Assembly (NCBI GenBank): GCA_000165345.1
Contig: CM000436.1
Span: 224,001-288,000, forward strand
Length of the DNA: 64,000 nucleotides
Reading direction: 5' to 3'
Every line of letters begins with the position of its first letter. The first letter of the stretch is position 1. This document shows positions 44,601 to 53,137 of the stretch, in pieces. The notes beneath the pieces are model-generated. The model was given only the letters and a program-made list of their open reading frames with translations, was not told the origin of the DNA and searched no databases. Made by a program: the position numbers and the translations under genes.

Positions 44601-45008
44601 ATAGGAACAGAAATTAACAATACAAATGGAAATTTTGAAACTAGAAGAAAGTCTAGCAACCTTATATTAATTAGAGACATTGAGACTCAGAGCCTTAAAG
44701 ATAAGAATGATAACCACAGTCTTACTATAGAAAAACAAGGAACAGAGGAAGAAAAAAGAAACTCAAATGACTATCATCACCTCCGCCTCCATCATCATAT
44801 TCCAACCAAAAACCAAGCAAATTTAGTTCCTCATATTGGTAAAGTATGCGAAGAAAAAGAATCTGAAATTCTTAACAGGGAATTTATACAAAGAAATAAC
44901 AACCATGAATATATTGAAACACAATCTTCACCTCATCAAAACACTAAGAAAATACAAAAAAAGAAGCCTCCAATATCTCTTAGGTCTGGCTTCAATTTTA
45001 ATAATTAA
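38691..45008 (+). CDS. Chorein-N domain bridge-like lipid-transfer protein (VPS13/ATG2 family), 2111 aa. ORF track start 38670 is TTG.
   Basis: The N-terminus MSLRELVVGSTQMLVESVLRRINENLLNYFINLPESIWLSGFLDQVNLKDVMLNTRAFSNEWYSLDIPFRLKYGHIRRASIQVLLAHSKLVMEVEGVVLIVGP fits the Chorein_N pattern (L..YL..L.....G.....L.N..L....L..P..V..G.I..L.I). It is a long, mostly non-repetitive body with a low-complexity C-terminal 400 aa. That tail includes a (GS)n run, EREVE tandem repeats and a P/S/T-rich stretch. Confidence 0.7.
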   Translation: MSLRELVVGSTQMLVESVLRRINENLLNYFINLPESIWLSGFLDQVNLKDVMLNTRAFSNEWYSLDIPFRLKYGHIRRASIQVLLAHSKLVMEVEGVVLIVGPNLAYKSYEDVIRNSMDNVFGLVELFKHIQTIRYNNDSFEEGLGSQKGEVSENLLNINSSSKEGLNALLRWLFRYVPDLSLSIRNLYIRYEDDVLDTSHPMSAGIHINSVTINPARNCWEFQWPTEEKEQVGFTSKGSSDSETDPTNLGKTQHPLSINNSSADPRGIFSIKVKGLSAFWDDESAPFIPISLLEQTEASNDKFGVFSAVTIDDIQNLVNSNLHYHTRIISNLNISAQFGFVNPFIHKLSNEKSRQSNDISANGSDNSSSNSMINGSNFGQGSSSEPISSQESSSSSSSSTSKNSTENNGYIAKDYLNDYYTGSNIATLLNINIQSGFEINVYPQMIHGLVRFVTLYNQFQFWTQVRRFRPIERPGSGKTPAEVRAICRDWWIFSLKYYRNIKYKDNKQNSLRDEINYRVERKKYIKIIKKWKWIEFMITGQKPILNSGTIIHRTGTNEYNACKFGGMSGPAEFGKMNEYAKSIGTSISFLDSNLNGNPSLSSILGLSSLIINHLGVSFNLSRYWQYDVEVLQKVSEKSDDMRCILTVLQHHSYWVVSQWHILAEREFEIEFALFQNSSTIQKKQKGAMDTFSNVNHNMDIKTKNILTLLAYGLHIQTDSSVWELISKLRDSYIDLIRRITQDDSLSNRIKESLQSKSSLLSGGSVFEFKLTSGIPSTVPTQISNFIQENIERHPYVIFGTGIFKKSLIETDILSDFFGVGLNSKLLMKRRDWHAIRLRLHLWGRFYDEYFEAFPLAISETLEINQLMNLSYHLDFQQMNKLFSISMQSDSLCFSTLVSSQATSSNPMEDIDMSMGVTNVTMARPKSQQISIIERDPEFSLSLSSSSTKLEKSEENRNEMDHIGKDNHTDKSEIYNLSKSGISMNQLNKEYASMESNEMVEEESIINSTSVKKKSFKFEKKLPYVFKDSSNVPEWLSDLAGPGISLPKIISNKIIGICIPKFEVNICHLVSDSKKSTGNGKSGPNNGESNVETTGFSPNNSNRIDGIKRSYHSLARYFSRNAQDTGNNTMVTSVFTPRKLFGIVITGLGFNMSTCTSLRVSSCFKRMELIVWNYNDSNLMRDFISSIKSDRSVNKKMIRDDQIVIFSMSDERQNTSNESSSSSNYVQNKGNTLGSSITTVSGSISVSGSGSGSGSGSSSRLEVLGIGMGQMNNFPENPSIEGGVDGNKVQTPNRRGSSSLNEYDSSPSLTHYVDEAHGGTFSSYIVGNGRQGGLTSSKSVRFEDSRGISTSSTSLGKNSSVISASSELTNESSFGSIRNDNNNTTSVSVPSTMNNNQTNSIIRYMRRWNYLSLVMLPPNNSTNKESKGEVRGNGESNFLSFVFKLPFYLKMDINLTPVTIVLNEQLLDNIRGEILKLIQVCLLTIWSQYKGLGAFPVTDGFRELLVQEVSTSGSGNGLVESSREENNFELLLCHPFNLSLNKYNAINKLNKIEWNKINSLLNKVHVRISIRLPSVELFMLNESIEYFRQMDDDLFIERNSDERFENVSFDLSTSFKLSVESQTILIGTIIDKLRGNINRLYFRGFQMKFDTQQNITSIIRLYLRFKNLISDRYGNIIAIMNLFKDYKFDNISRHSLTSFTDEILRLQCEKLPDTNNILLKEFTLSLDEKSGTKVERDEKKSVEVEKVGMEAEREVEAEREVETEREVETEKTMKTEKEMDVEKEIDMKKGIDVRKKVELDRAVETEEKRMGTEEKGIESKKKESIDSLSKLPRQEYSQHTVLIQPTEPIPAPVITSYPSPTVSPCISPTISPTPIPSTFVSPAFSVYSAPNHSQYPLPTHIHTSDVTNSVLSEAITRAIPVTTPHEQVITTVDNTQTYSVREVRTEDNEIRRSSQYNSANVKPINLHENQIGTEINNTNGNFETRRKSSNLILIRDIETQSLKDKNDNHSLTIEKQGTEEEKRNSNDYHHLRLHHHIPTKNQANLVPHIGKVCEEKESEILNREFIQRNNNHEYIETQSSPHQNTKKIQKKKPPISLRSGFNFNN
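42432..42461 (+). repeat. (GGATCT)n coding microsatellite giving (GS)n
   Basis: ggatcaggatctggatctggatctggatca. Confidence 0.9.
43938..44060 (+). repeat. imperfect 18-bp coding tandem repeat (GAAGCRGAGAGAGAGGTG)n encoding (EAEREV)n within the Chorein-N gene
   Basis: Units at 43938, 43956, 43974, 43992 and 44010 read as EAEREVEAEREVETEREVETEKTMKTEKEM. Confidence 0.8.
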
Positions 45009-45118
45009 TAGTTAGGCCATTATATTATTTTCTAGTAATTTTAGCCTTTCCATTAACAATTAATTTATATCTTTTGAATATTTAATCATCTCAATCACTA
45101 CTGAAGCTACTACTCTCA

Positions 45119-45175
45119 ATAATGCATGTGGGGGGCAATTGCATGACTTCCCGCCTAAAAGTTGCATGTGGAGAG
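45119..45175. promoter_or_regulatory. AATGCATGTGGGGGGCAATTGCATGACTTCCCGCCTAAAAGTTGCATGTGGAGAG proximal promoter element
   Basis: It lies 55-110 bp upstream of the ATG at 45231. It shares TTCCCGCCTAA and TGTGG(G)GAG with the element at 47-75. Confidence 0.4.
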
Positions 45176-45230
45176 AAGAAAAGTGTGATCAATAAATGAG
45201 AGAATAATGAAATAAAATGAATAAATAGAA

Positions 45231-46070
45231 ATGACAACAGTAATTAAGAAGAAGATTAAACTTCCGAGGAATATAACACCTGAATTTGTAAGTTTATTAG
45301 ATTAAGCTTAAAAAAAGAGATTGGTGAGAATTTCTTAATTTAAAAGAATTTCTTTCTTATTAAACAGTAATGATTTCTTAATTCTGGGAGAGTATTGAGA
45401 AATCATTTAATTAATTTTCTCTATTAATTATTGATTAACTTAACTTATTATTTTCTTCAAATAGGCTGTTGAATTGAAGGAATGTTTTGATTGGCAAGAT
45501 AGAAATGGTGATGGATTAGTTTCCAAGGAGTGTTTACTGGTATTATTAAGAGCAACAGGCCAGGTTTGGTCACTTGATGAAATTGACAAAATATGTCATG
45601 GTAAGTTTTTTGTTCTCCATTTGTAAAAAAAAAAAAGAAAAAATTGTTTAATATTGTAATATATTCATCTTTAATATTATAAAATTAAATTAAATAAAAA
45701 AATTCTTATTACTCGCAATGTTAGGACTTGGTTCAAAGGAAGTCGATTTCCAGACATATCTCGATTTAGTATCTCATAAAGTTATGTTAAAGGCTGATAA
45801 GGAAGAGTTAAGAACTGCCTTTAATGTTTTGGATAGATATGGAAATGGTAAAGTTTTGGTTAGTGATTTGAAACATATTTTGTGTAATATTGGAGAGAAA
45901 TTGACTGTAAGTTACATAAATTAACTCTTGTTTTTTAAGCTAAGCTTAAATATTTTGAATTGAATTCTATATTTTAGGAGGATGGTTTCCAAGAACTCTT
46001 GAGTATTTCAGATATTCCTGATGCAAATAGGTTAACATTTTTAACAGAAGAGGAATTTGTGAAAATGTAA
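45231..46070 (+). CDS. EF-hand protein, myosin essential light chain/calmodulin-like, 155 aa. It has 4 exons: 45231-45287, 45465-45600, 45725-45906 and 45978-46070.
   Basis: Three GTAAGT donors sit at 45288, 45601 and 45907. The AG acceptors (atag, ttag, tttag) are preceded by T-rich tracts. The spliced product reads MTTVIKKKIKLPRNITPEF AVELKECFDWQDRNGDGLVSKE... DFQTYLDLVSHKV...ELRTAFNVLDRYGNGKVLVSDLKHILCNIGEKLT EDGFQELL. This matches the myosin essential light chain pattern (FLPML..., LRVFDKEGNGTV...LRHVLTTLGEKMT). All phases are consistent. Confidence 0.7.
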
Positions 46071-46613
46071 GTTTATAATGGAAGGAATTGGATAAAGAAA
46101 TTGTATATGGGAAAGAAAAAAAATTATGAAAACATAAGAAGTAACTATTTTCACTATAATATTTTTTTTATCCATCCTTTCGTATTCAAAAAAAAACTAT
46201 TATCATTTTAATTATCTAATTTACTATTTTTATTGCTATATAATTTATTTGTGTAGATTTTCAGGAAATGTTAATTAATAGATTTAATTGTCTTTAAGTC
46301 TCGAATTTAAGTCAAAATAGAATTTTTCTTTTTTTGGAGGGAATTTTCTGAATGATATTATTTTGAAATATAATGTTAAATACAGATTGCTTGAATAATT
46401 AGCTGAATAAGATTTTCTATTATTGCTAATAATATTACTGTTACCAATTTGTTAGTATAATTTTCTGACTTCCGGGTTTGTATTGAATAATTTGGCTCCA
46501 AATAAAATCTACAAATTTCAAGCAATACTTACTTGTGATAAGGGTGGTATTAAATTTAGTACCAAAATATATAGGGGAGAAAAAAAAAGGACGGAAGAAT
46601 ATTATACATTATA

Positions 46614-49600
46614 ATGCAAAGTGATTTTCAGTATAAAGATCTTTTGACAGTTTTTAACATTCCAATTTCACTTTGGGTACAAAATGGGACTCATTTATTT
46701 CATAAGAATACTTCAACTTTGGTTGATAAAAATGGTAAAAGACTTTGTATTAAGGTAAGTTAAAAGGTGAAATTAATAAAATTAAATATTATATTATTAA
46801 TAAAATAAATTGATATATAGTGTATTATTGATATGTTTAAAAATAACCAAAAATCAAGTACATATTTATCACAGATTTGTGAAGATTTGATGTTGGTAAG
46901 TTAAAATAGATTAATAAAATTCATTTTCATTAAAAAAAAAAAAAAAAAAATTCAGATGATAAAATGTGAGAGAGGTAAAGGAGTTGTAAGATTTATTATA
47001 AGTGAGATTTTGGGAAATGAAAGTAATTTCATTATTGAAGAAATTAATAAAGTTGACGTAAGTTTTTGAAGTATATTTAAAAAATTATTAATGAAATAAT
47101 AAAAATAATATAATTTAAATGATAAATTTAATAATTAGGATGAAATGTTACTTAATAATCTTATAAATTTGAAGTTAACATTATTAAACAAACATTTTTC
47201 AATATCAGAAAATAAACAAAGACAAAAATTAAATGAAAATATATTAAATATAATAATTAAAAGTGTAAGTAAATTGTAATAAATATTTTATTATAAATAT
47301 TGATTTAATATAATTAATTTAACAAATAATTTTAGATGAATAATTTGAATATAAGAATGAGATCAATGGCAAAATTAATATATATACTATTTGATGATAG
47401 ACTTTCAATATACTCGAATAGTTTAATAGATAGAATAGTGGAAGATACAAAAAATCTATCAAGCTTTGGAAAGATGATTTTGAGAATGGACATAGAGAAT
47501 ATTCAATATTTAATTCCTATAATAGTTAAATTAATAGAATGCAATCCTGAGAAAGTAATAAATAATTTATTGATTGATAAAGGACTACATTTATCAAGAT
47601 TATTATGTGAAGTTACGGATAAGAAGATTTATTTTGAATATATTTTAGAGTTTTATTTACATATATTAAATAACTATCCAAATCAATTTGGAAATTTATT
47701 AATAGATAACAGTAATAGATTGGATATAAAAAGTAATAATAGTAAAGAAGAGTTATCTTTGAACATTTTAGTCGGAATAGAAAAGATGGCAATAATTCTA
47801 GCAAGATCAAGTAAATACTCTAAAAGCAATAATTATCATTCATCCAGAAACTTGGATATTGATAAATTTCAAGATACAGAATTTTCAATGAGTGACTTGG
47901 AATACATGCAGCAGGGAGGTTCTATTCCCAAGATGGGTAATTTTTTAATTAATAATTCTATGAATGAAAATAATATATTAGAGGAGATGGGAGAGCATGG
48001 TGAAAGGAGTTTGAGGATGAATATAAGCAATAGTAGTATTGGAAGTAGCATTATGAACATGAATAATAATCACATAAGTTATGGAAGAAAGGATTTTATG
48101 GAAATAAATGAATTGGAAGAAAAGAAAGTTGTTGATGGAATTAATATGTTTGGATTATTGAGAAATAGGGAAGAAGATGATAATAGATTAATGAAGAAAT
48201 TGATTCAATTTTTTAAAGGTTTTATGCTATATAAAAATAAAATGGAATTATTTTGGAATTCTGATAAAGAAAAGATAGATTTAGAAGATGATGAAGTAGA
48301 TTCAAATATAGATAATAACTGCAAAAAAAACAGATGGATTATGGAAGGAGAGTGTTTTGAAGTTGTTCATAAAATAATTGAATGGATAATAGAATTACTA
48401 AGAAATAGTATAGAAGTTGAATTAGATAACTTAGCTTTAGATTGTATTTTGCAAGTATTCACACAAGAAAAGTGCTGTAATTATGAGGAAGAGAAATCAG
48501 AAGCTGATGAAGAGCTTTCAGACCTTAATATAAATCAAAAAGATAATGATAATAATAAAAACAATTTATTGGAAAAAAATTCCGCAAATATAGAATTAAT
48601 AAATGAAGATAAATCGGAAGATTTTATTTTTAATATGAAACCTTTAAATATGAAATCCAAAAGAGTAACTTTCAAAAGAATTGAAGAAATTCCACCAAAA
48701 AAAAAATTAATAACTTTTAATGATGTGGATAAAAATAAATTACGTGTAAATGCATGCAAGCAAGGCGGGTCAAAATGTGACAATAATACCGGTATAGAAC
48801 AAAATAAATCATGTGGAAAATTATGTTTTCACCAGATTTTTGTAATAAAACATGGCCAGTATTTGTTGGATATTTTTTTAGAACTTTTTGATGATTATTT
48901 AAGAAAATTTGGATTAAATTTTATAAGAAGAAAGAGTGGAAATGCAAAGAGTTTATCATTTTATGACCAAAGTTACAAATATATAATCGATAATGAGCAG
49001 CAGATTGAGGAGGTATTATATAAAATAATTCAGGGAATAAATAATATTTCAGATGGGGTTGCTATTCAATCATGTCCTAGACAGATATTTGCAATAAGTT
49101 GGTTTATGGAATTTATTTTATACGGTTTTTCGAATGAGGAATCTGTATTAAAAAGTAAGCCACCAGTTCCTTTGTATGGTTCATCAAGTATGGATTTAGT
49201 AATGAAAGCTGCTAATATGGATCAACCATTGGAGCATGCACTATTAAGTATTTCTACAAAATTTAGTGAGGAAAGTAATCAAAATAATGAAGAAGTGAAT
49301 CAAATTCAAAAAGGATTAATTAATCAGATTGATACTATAAATCAGGTTCAAGTAGAAGTTGTTAACAAATTAATCTCTCTAACAGAAAGGATGTGTAAAT
49401 GTTTGTATAGCAAGGGTAAAAGAAACTCTAAATTAGAAGGTGAACATTTTAATGGAAGCTTTTATCAAGTGGATATCAAAAAGTTATGGAAACTTAATGG
49501 TACAGTTTACAGTAGGGATCTGCTACTAGAATATTTTTCAAATATCCTCCAAATTACAGAAAAGTTATTCGGTTTTAAAGGTGTTAAAGTTATTCAATTC

Positions 49601-52600
49601 TTAGATTCTACTGATAAGTTATTTGAATTTTATACCCGAGAATTAAAAAATAAGGAACGGAATATAGTTTGTTTGTCCCAACTATACTTAATTCAGCATA
49701 TTTTTGATACAAACTTAACAAGTGAATACGAGGTAAAAGATTCTTTAACTAAAAATAAAGATCCTCAAGCAAATTTAGTATTTAATATTTTTTCTATAGT
49801 ACTTCAAATTGATAAGAGAATTCAAGATAATCTTGAAGATTTGGATGAAGTAAATGACCAAATTCTGCAAAAGGCAGATAGCAAAATTAAGCTATTAATT
49901 AATAATAAGGTTGGAGCTCAGCTAATATTCCAATGGATTAAAAATCCTAATATTGGCGATCAAGAAATTTATGGAATTAAAACTAACATTTTAATAAGAT
50001 GGATAATTCACATTTCTAAACAATTATTACATCCAATTATGAATGAAAATGAGATTAGTAGCAGATTAAAGTATTTAACCAAAGAAAGGATTAAAGCTTC
50101 CTTGCTACTAGACGACTCTGCTTCAAACGATACAATTTCTATTGTAATTTCTCTTTTAACATTTTGTTATGGCTATTTTCCAGATCAAGTTATTCTATTC
50201 ATTTTAAAAAATATTAATCGAGAAGAAATTCAGGATCTTGAATATCCAGGAATATGTAATATTTCTGAAGATATTGCTCAAAAGATTAATAATTATGGAA
50301 AATCATCTGCTTTTGGAAATCTTTCCAATACAAGAAATATCCCAACTAGAGTACTTCTTTATTATTCATCCATACTTTTGGATAATACCAGTAGAAATGG
50401 TAAAAAGAATATTGATTTATTTCAAGATTATTCCTTCCAAAAAGACAAAATTGTTGCTAAGATTATTTCCATATTAGTTAATTCAAATTTAAGACGTAGA
50501 GAATGGCTACTTTGGCATTCAAAAAATTTTGACAAAATTGAACTTTTTTCAAATTCATTACATAATCTTATTCAATCAAGAGGAGAAATAGGAAACTATC
50601 AAGAACAGAAAAAAATTGAAGAGCAAATCTTTAAATGGATCTATGATCGAAATATCGATTATTCAAGATATCAGGTCAGTTCTAGACCTTTTTCAATATC
50701 TTCTTTTTACTTTGGATTGGTTGATTTCTCAATTTCCCCTATTTTAGAGAAATCTATATTGCAAAATGTATCATTTATTAAGTTTCAGATCAAACAATTA
50801 CTAAATCTTAGCTCTATAAAACCCAACACTTGTACTGAATATGAACTTGAGGATTTCATTCAAAAGCTAAGTATGAACTTGAATTTGTTCATCTTTTCAA
50901 TTCAAAGTTATATCGAAAGAAACGATCAACTTAATTTTGCTGATATACTTACTATTGAAGAAGTTACTTTACCTTTAAAACTATTTTTAAATATTAATAG
51001 TGATGAATTTGATTTCAGATTTAAGGCAATTATTGGCCATTTAACTTTAAAATTCATTTCAGTTTTCTTTAAGCCAAGCTGGAGAGAGTCAAACTTTCAA
51101 GAATTAAATAAATCGAATCCGTCCTCACAAGTATTTGGAATTAAAACTTTTACAAGTCTTGATAACTTTGGAAAAAGTTCAAACAGAAAAACTTCAAGTT
51201 TATTATTTATTCTAGTAAATCTGATGGATGAATTAACAAAGTGGTAAGTTTTTTAAATATACTAATTTAATCAAATAGACGAATATATCTTTATATTTGT
51301 ATATACTTTTTTTAATTATTTTTTACCTTCAGGATGAATGAAATTTTCAATATGAACAACTTTGACAAGTTTTATGTATCTGCCTATTTAGAAACGTTTT
51401 CAAGTTTGGTTTTGGAATTAGGAATTAGAGATAACATCCTTTCTCAAAGTATGGATATCGGATCAGGAGGTGAAAAAGGAGAAATATTTAAACTCAAGAT
51501 AAGGCAATCACTAATCAATTTAGTTCAAAGTGACTCTACTGTTTCTTTAATAGAGAAGATATTAAACTATATCATTATTTGCAGAAGAAAAGGTAACAAT
51601 TTGGATGCGGACAAATCAAGTTGTTTAATGGGTATCTCCATATTACTACTTTCCATGTTATCAAGTAAAATCAAAATATTCAGAACTAATGGAAGATTAG
51701 AGAGTCTTATTGATTCTATTTTAGCTCATCCAACATTGTTATTTCATGCTGAAAAAAGCTCAAAATGTGGATTAAATTCTCGCTTTTCGTCTGATGAATA
51801 TGATAATTCGCTTATAGATAACAATACAACGAGTTTCAATCTATGTAACTATTGTCTTAATTTTGGCTTCAATCATAACATAGAAGATATTAAATTAATA
51901 ACCAATGTTTCTATTATTGTGGCATTGCTACGTCTAAATCATGTAAATAGTAGAGCAATATCAAAAAGTAACTTAATTAAAGATATTTTTCTACAAAGCA
52001 TTTCAGGGATTTTAAATACAAATAATAAAGCATCATCAGTAAGTCATGGATATATGGGAATTATATTATCGTCAATATATTTATCATATGACCAAATTCA
52101 GTCTTTGAGCCTTGTACATAATTTGTATATTCAAAAATTCCTTGTAAAGGAGTTTGTTTGTGATGTTTTAAACTTTGACAAGAATCCAGTTGAAAATTTA
52201 AATCTTTCTCCATGTATGATATTTCATTATTCTGTATTATTTTCATATTTGGTTTTTATATTGAAGACTACTCCTTGGTGGCTTAATATTTCTGATTTGA
52301 TCAATCTAACATTCATAAATAAACTTGGAAAGATTTATAAATCATTACAAACTTCCGCAATTATTTATAATGATGAGAATGACAATATTGGAGAATATTT
52401 AATTAGCTTGACAGAGATTCTTTTAAAAATTGTACAAGAAACAATAATGGCTCGCTCTAACTCATCTTCTAGTTATATTCAAGGTAAGTTAATTTCTGAA
52501 TAATTGAAATATATATAGAGCGTGTTTTAAAATATTTGATTAACTTTTTCTTTCTGATTAAGATGAAAAAAACAATGCAGAAAATAACGGAGTAATTATT

Positions 52601-52886
52601 AAATTAATACAAGAAATCCTTAAAAACCAAGAAAATGAAAATATTCAAGACTATAATATAACATTAGTAAGAGAACATGCAAATTCAAGAAATGGAAATA
52701 TTCTTAAAAATACCTCAAATTGTAGAAATAATAGAGGATCTGGATGCTTTATCTGTGGTTTTAAATACAAATTCAAATACTTTGAAAGTAAAGAGAGTTT
52801 TATAAGTAACTTTTTTATTTCTCAAGTATTAAAGTTTTCAACTATGGAGATATTTAAAAGAATTATTGAAAATTAGTATCAAATTC
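46614..52886 (+). CDS. large (about 1940 aa) helical-repeat hypothetical protein with 7 exons: 46614-46754, 46821-46895, 46956-47057, 47139-47264, 47336-51244, (51333 or 51373)-52493 and 52573-52886.
   Basis: Four short upstream exons each end at a GTAAGT donor. Each is followed 60-80 nt later by an AG acceptor in the correct phase, leading into the 1303-codon ORF at 47336. TGG-TAA-GTAAGT at 51245 and an acceptor ttttaccttcag at 51332 link to ORF 51334-52503. The phase match at that junction is ambiguous. A donor CAAG|GTAAGT at 52494 and acceptor ttaag|AT at 52572 give a phase-correct final exon ending TAG 52884-52886. No recognisable catalytic motif is present; it is HEAT/ARM-like helical. 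Confidence 0.55.
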
Positions 52887-52959
52887 AAATATTTACTCAA
52901 AATTTTGAATTTTTTATTCTTAATATATATTGCTAAAATTTCCAACCCACTCATAATAT

Positions 52960-53030
52960 TTGCAAGTGGACAAATGCATGCAATGCAAATGCATGCATGT
53001 GCATGTATTTGCATTATGACATCCAAGCCT
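52960..53030. promoter_or_regulatory. dense GCATGC cluster (GTGGACAAATGCATGCAATGCAAATGCATGCATGTGCATGTATTTGCAT)
   Basis: Five overlapping GCATGC/ATGCAT palindromes lie in the 250-bp gap between the large-gene stop (52886) and the Rad21 ATG (53138). Confidence 0.4.
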
Positions 53031-53137
53031 GACAAAAAGAAAATGTATATTATACATAGGAGGAAAAAAAATCAAGTTTTAACAATATAAACAAACATAT
53101 TAAAGATAGACAGAATTAATTATTCAAAAGGTTAAAA

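Noticed and set aside
46066-46071. ATG-TAA-GTT at the end of the EF-hand gene read as a GTAAGT donor implying a fifth exon
   Set aside because: The protein is already full length for an essential light chain (155 aa) and ends after the fourth EF-hand region. A stop is the simpler reading. This is kept as a caveat only.
52838-53090. Two overlapping ORFs (52838-53035 minus, 52866-53090 plus) across the GCATGC cluster
   Set aside because: They are generated by palindromic ATGCAT repeats in an intergenic promoter region. The translations are MHAMQMHACACICI-type nonsense.
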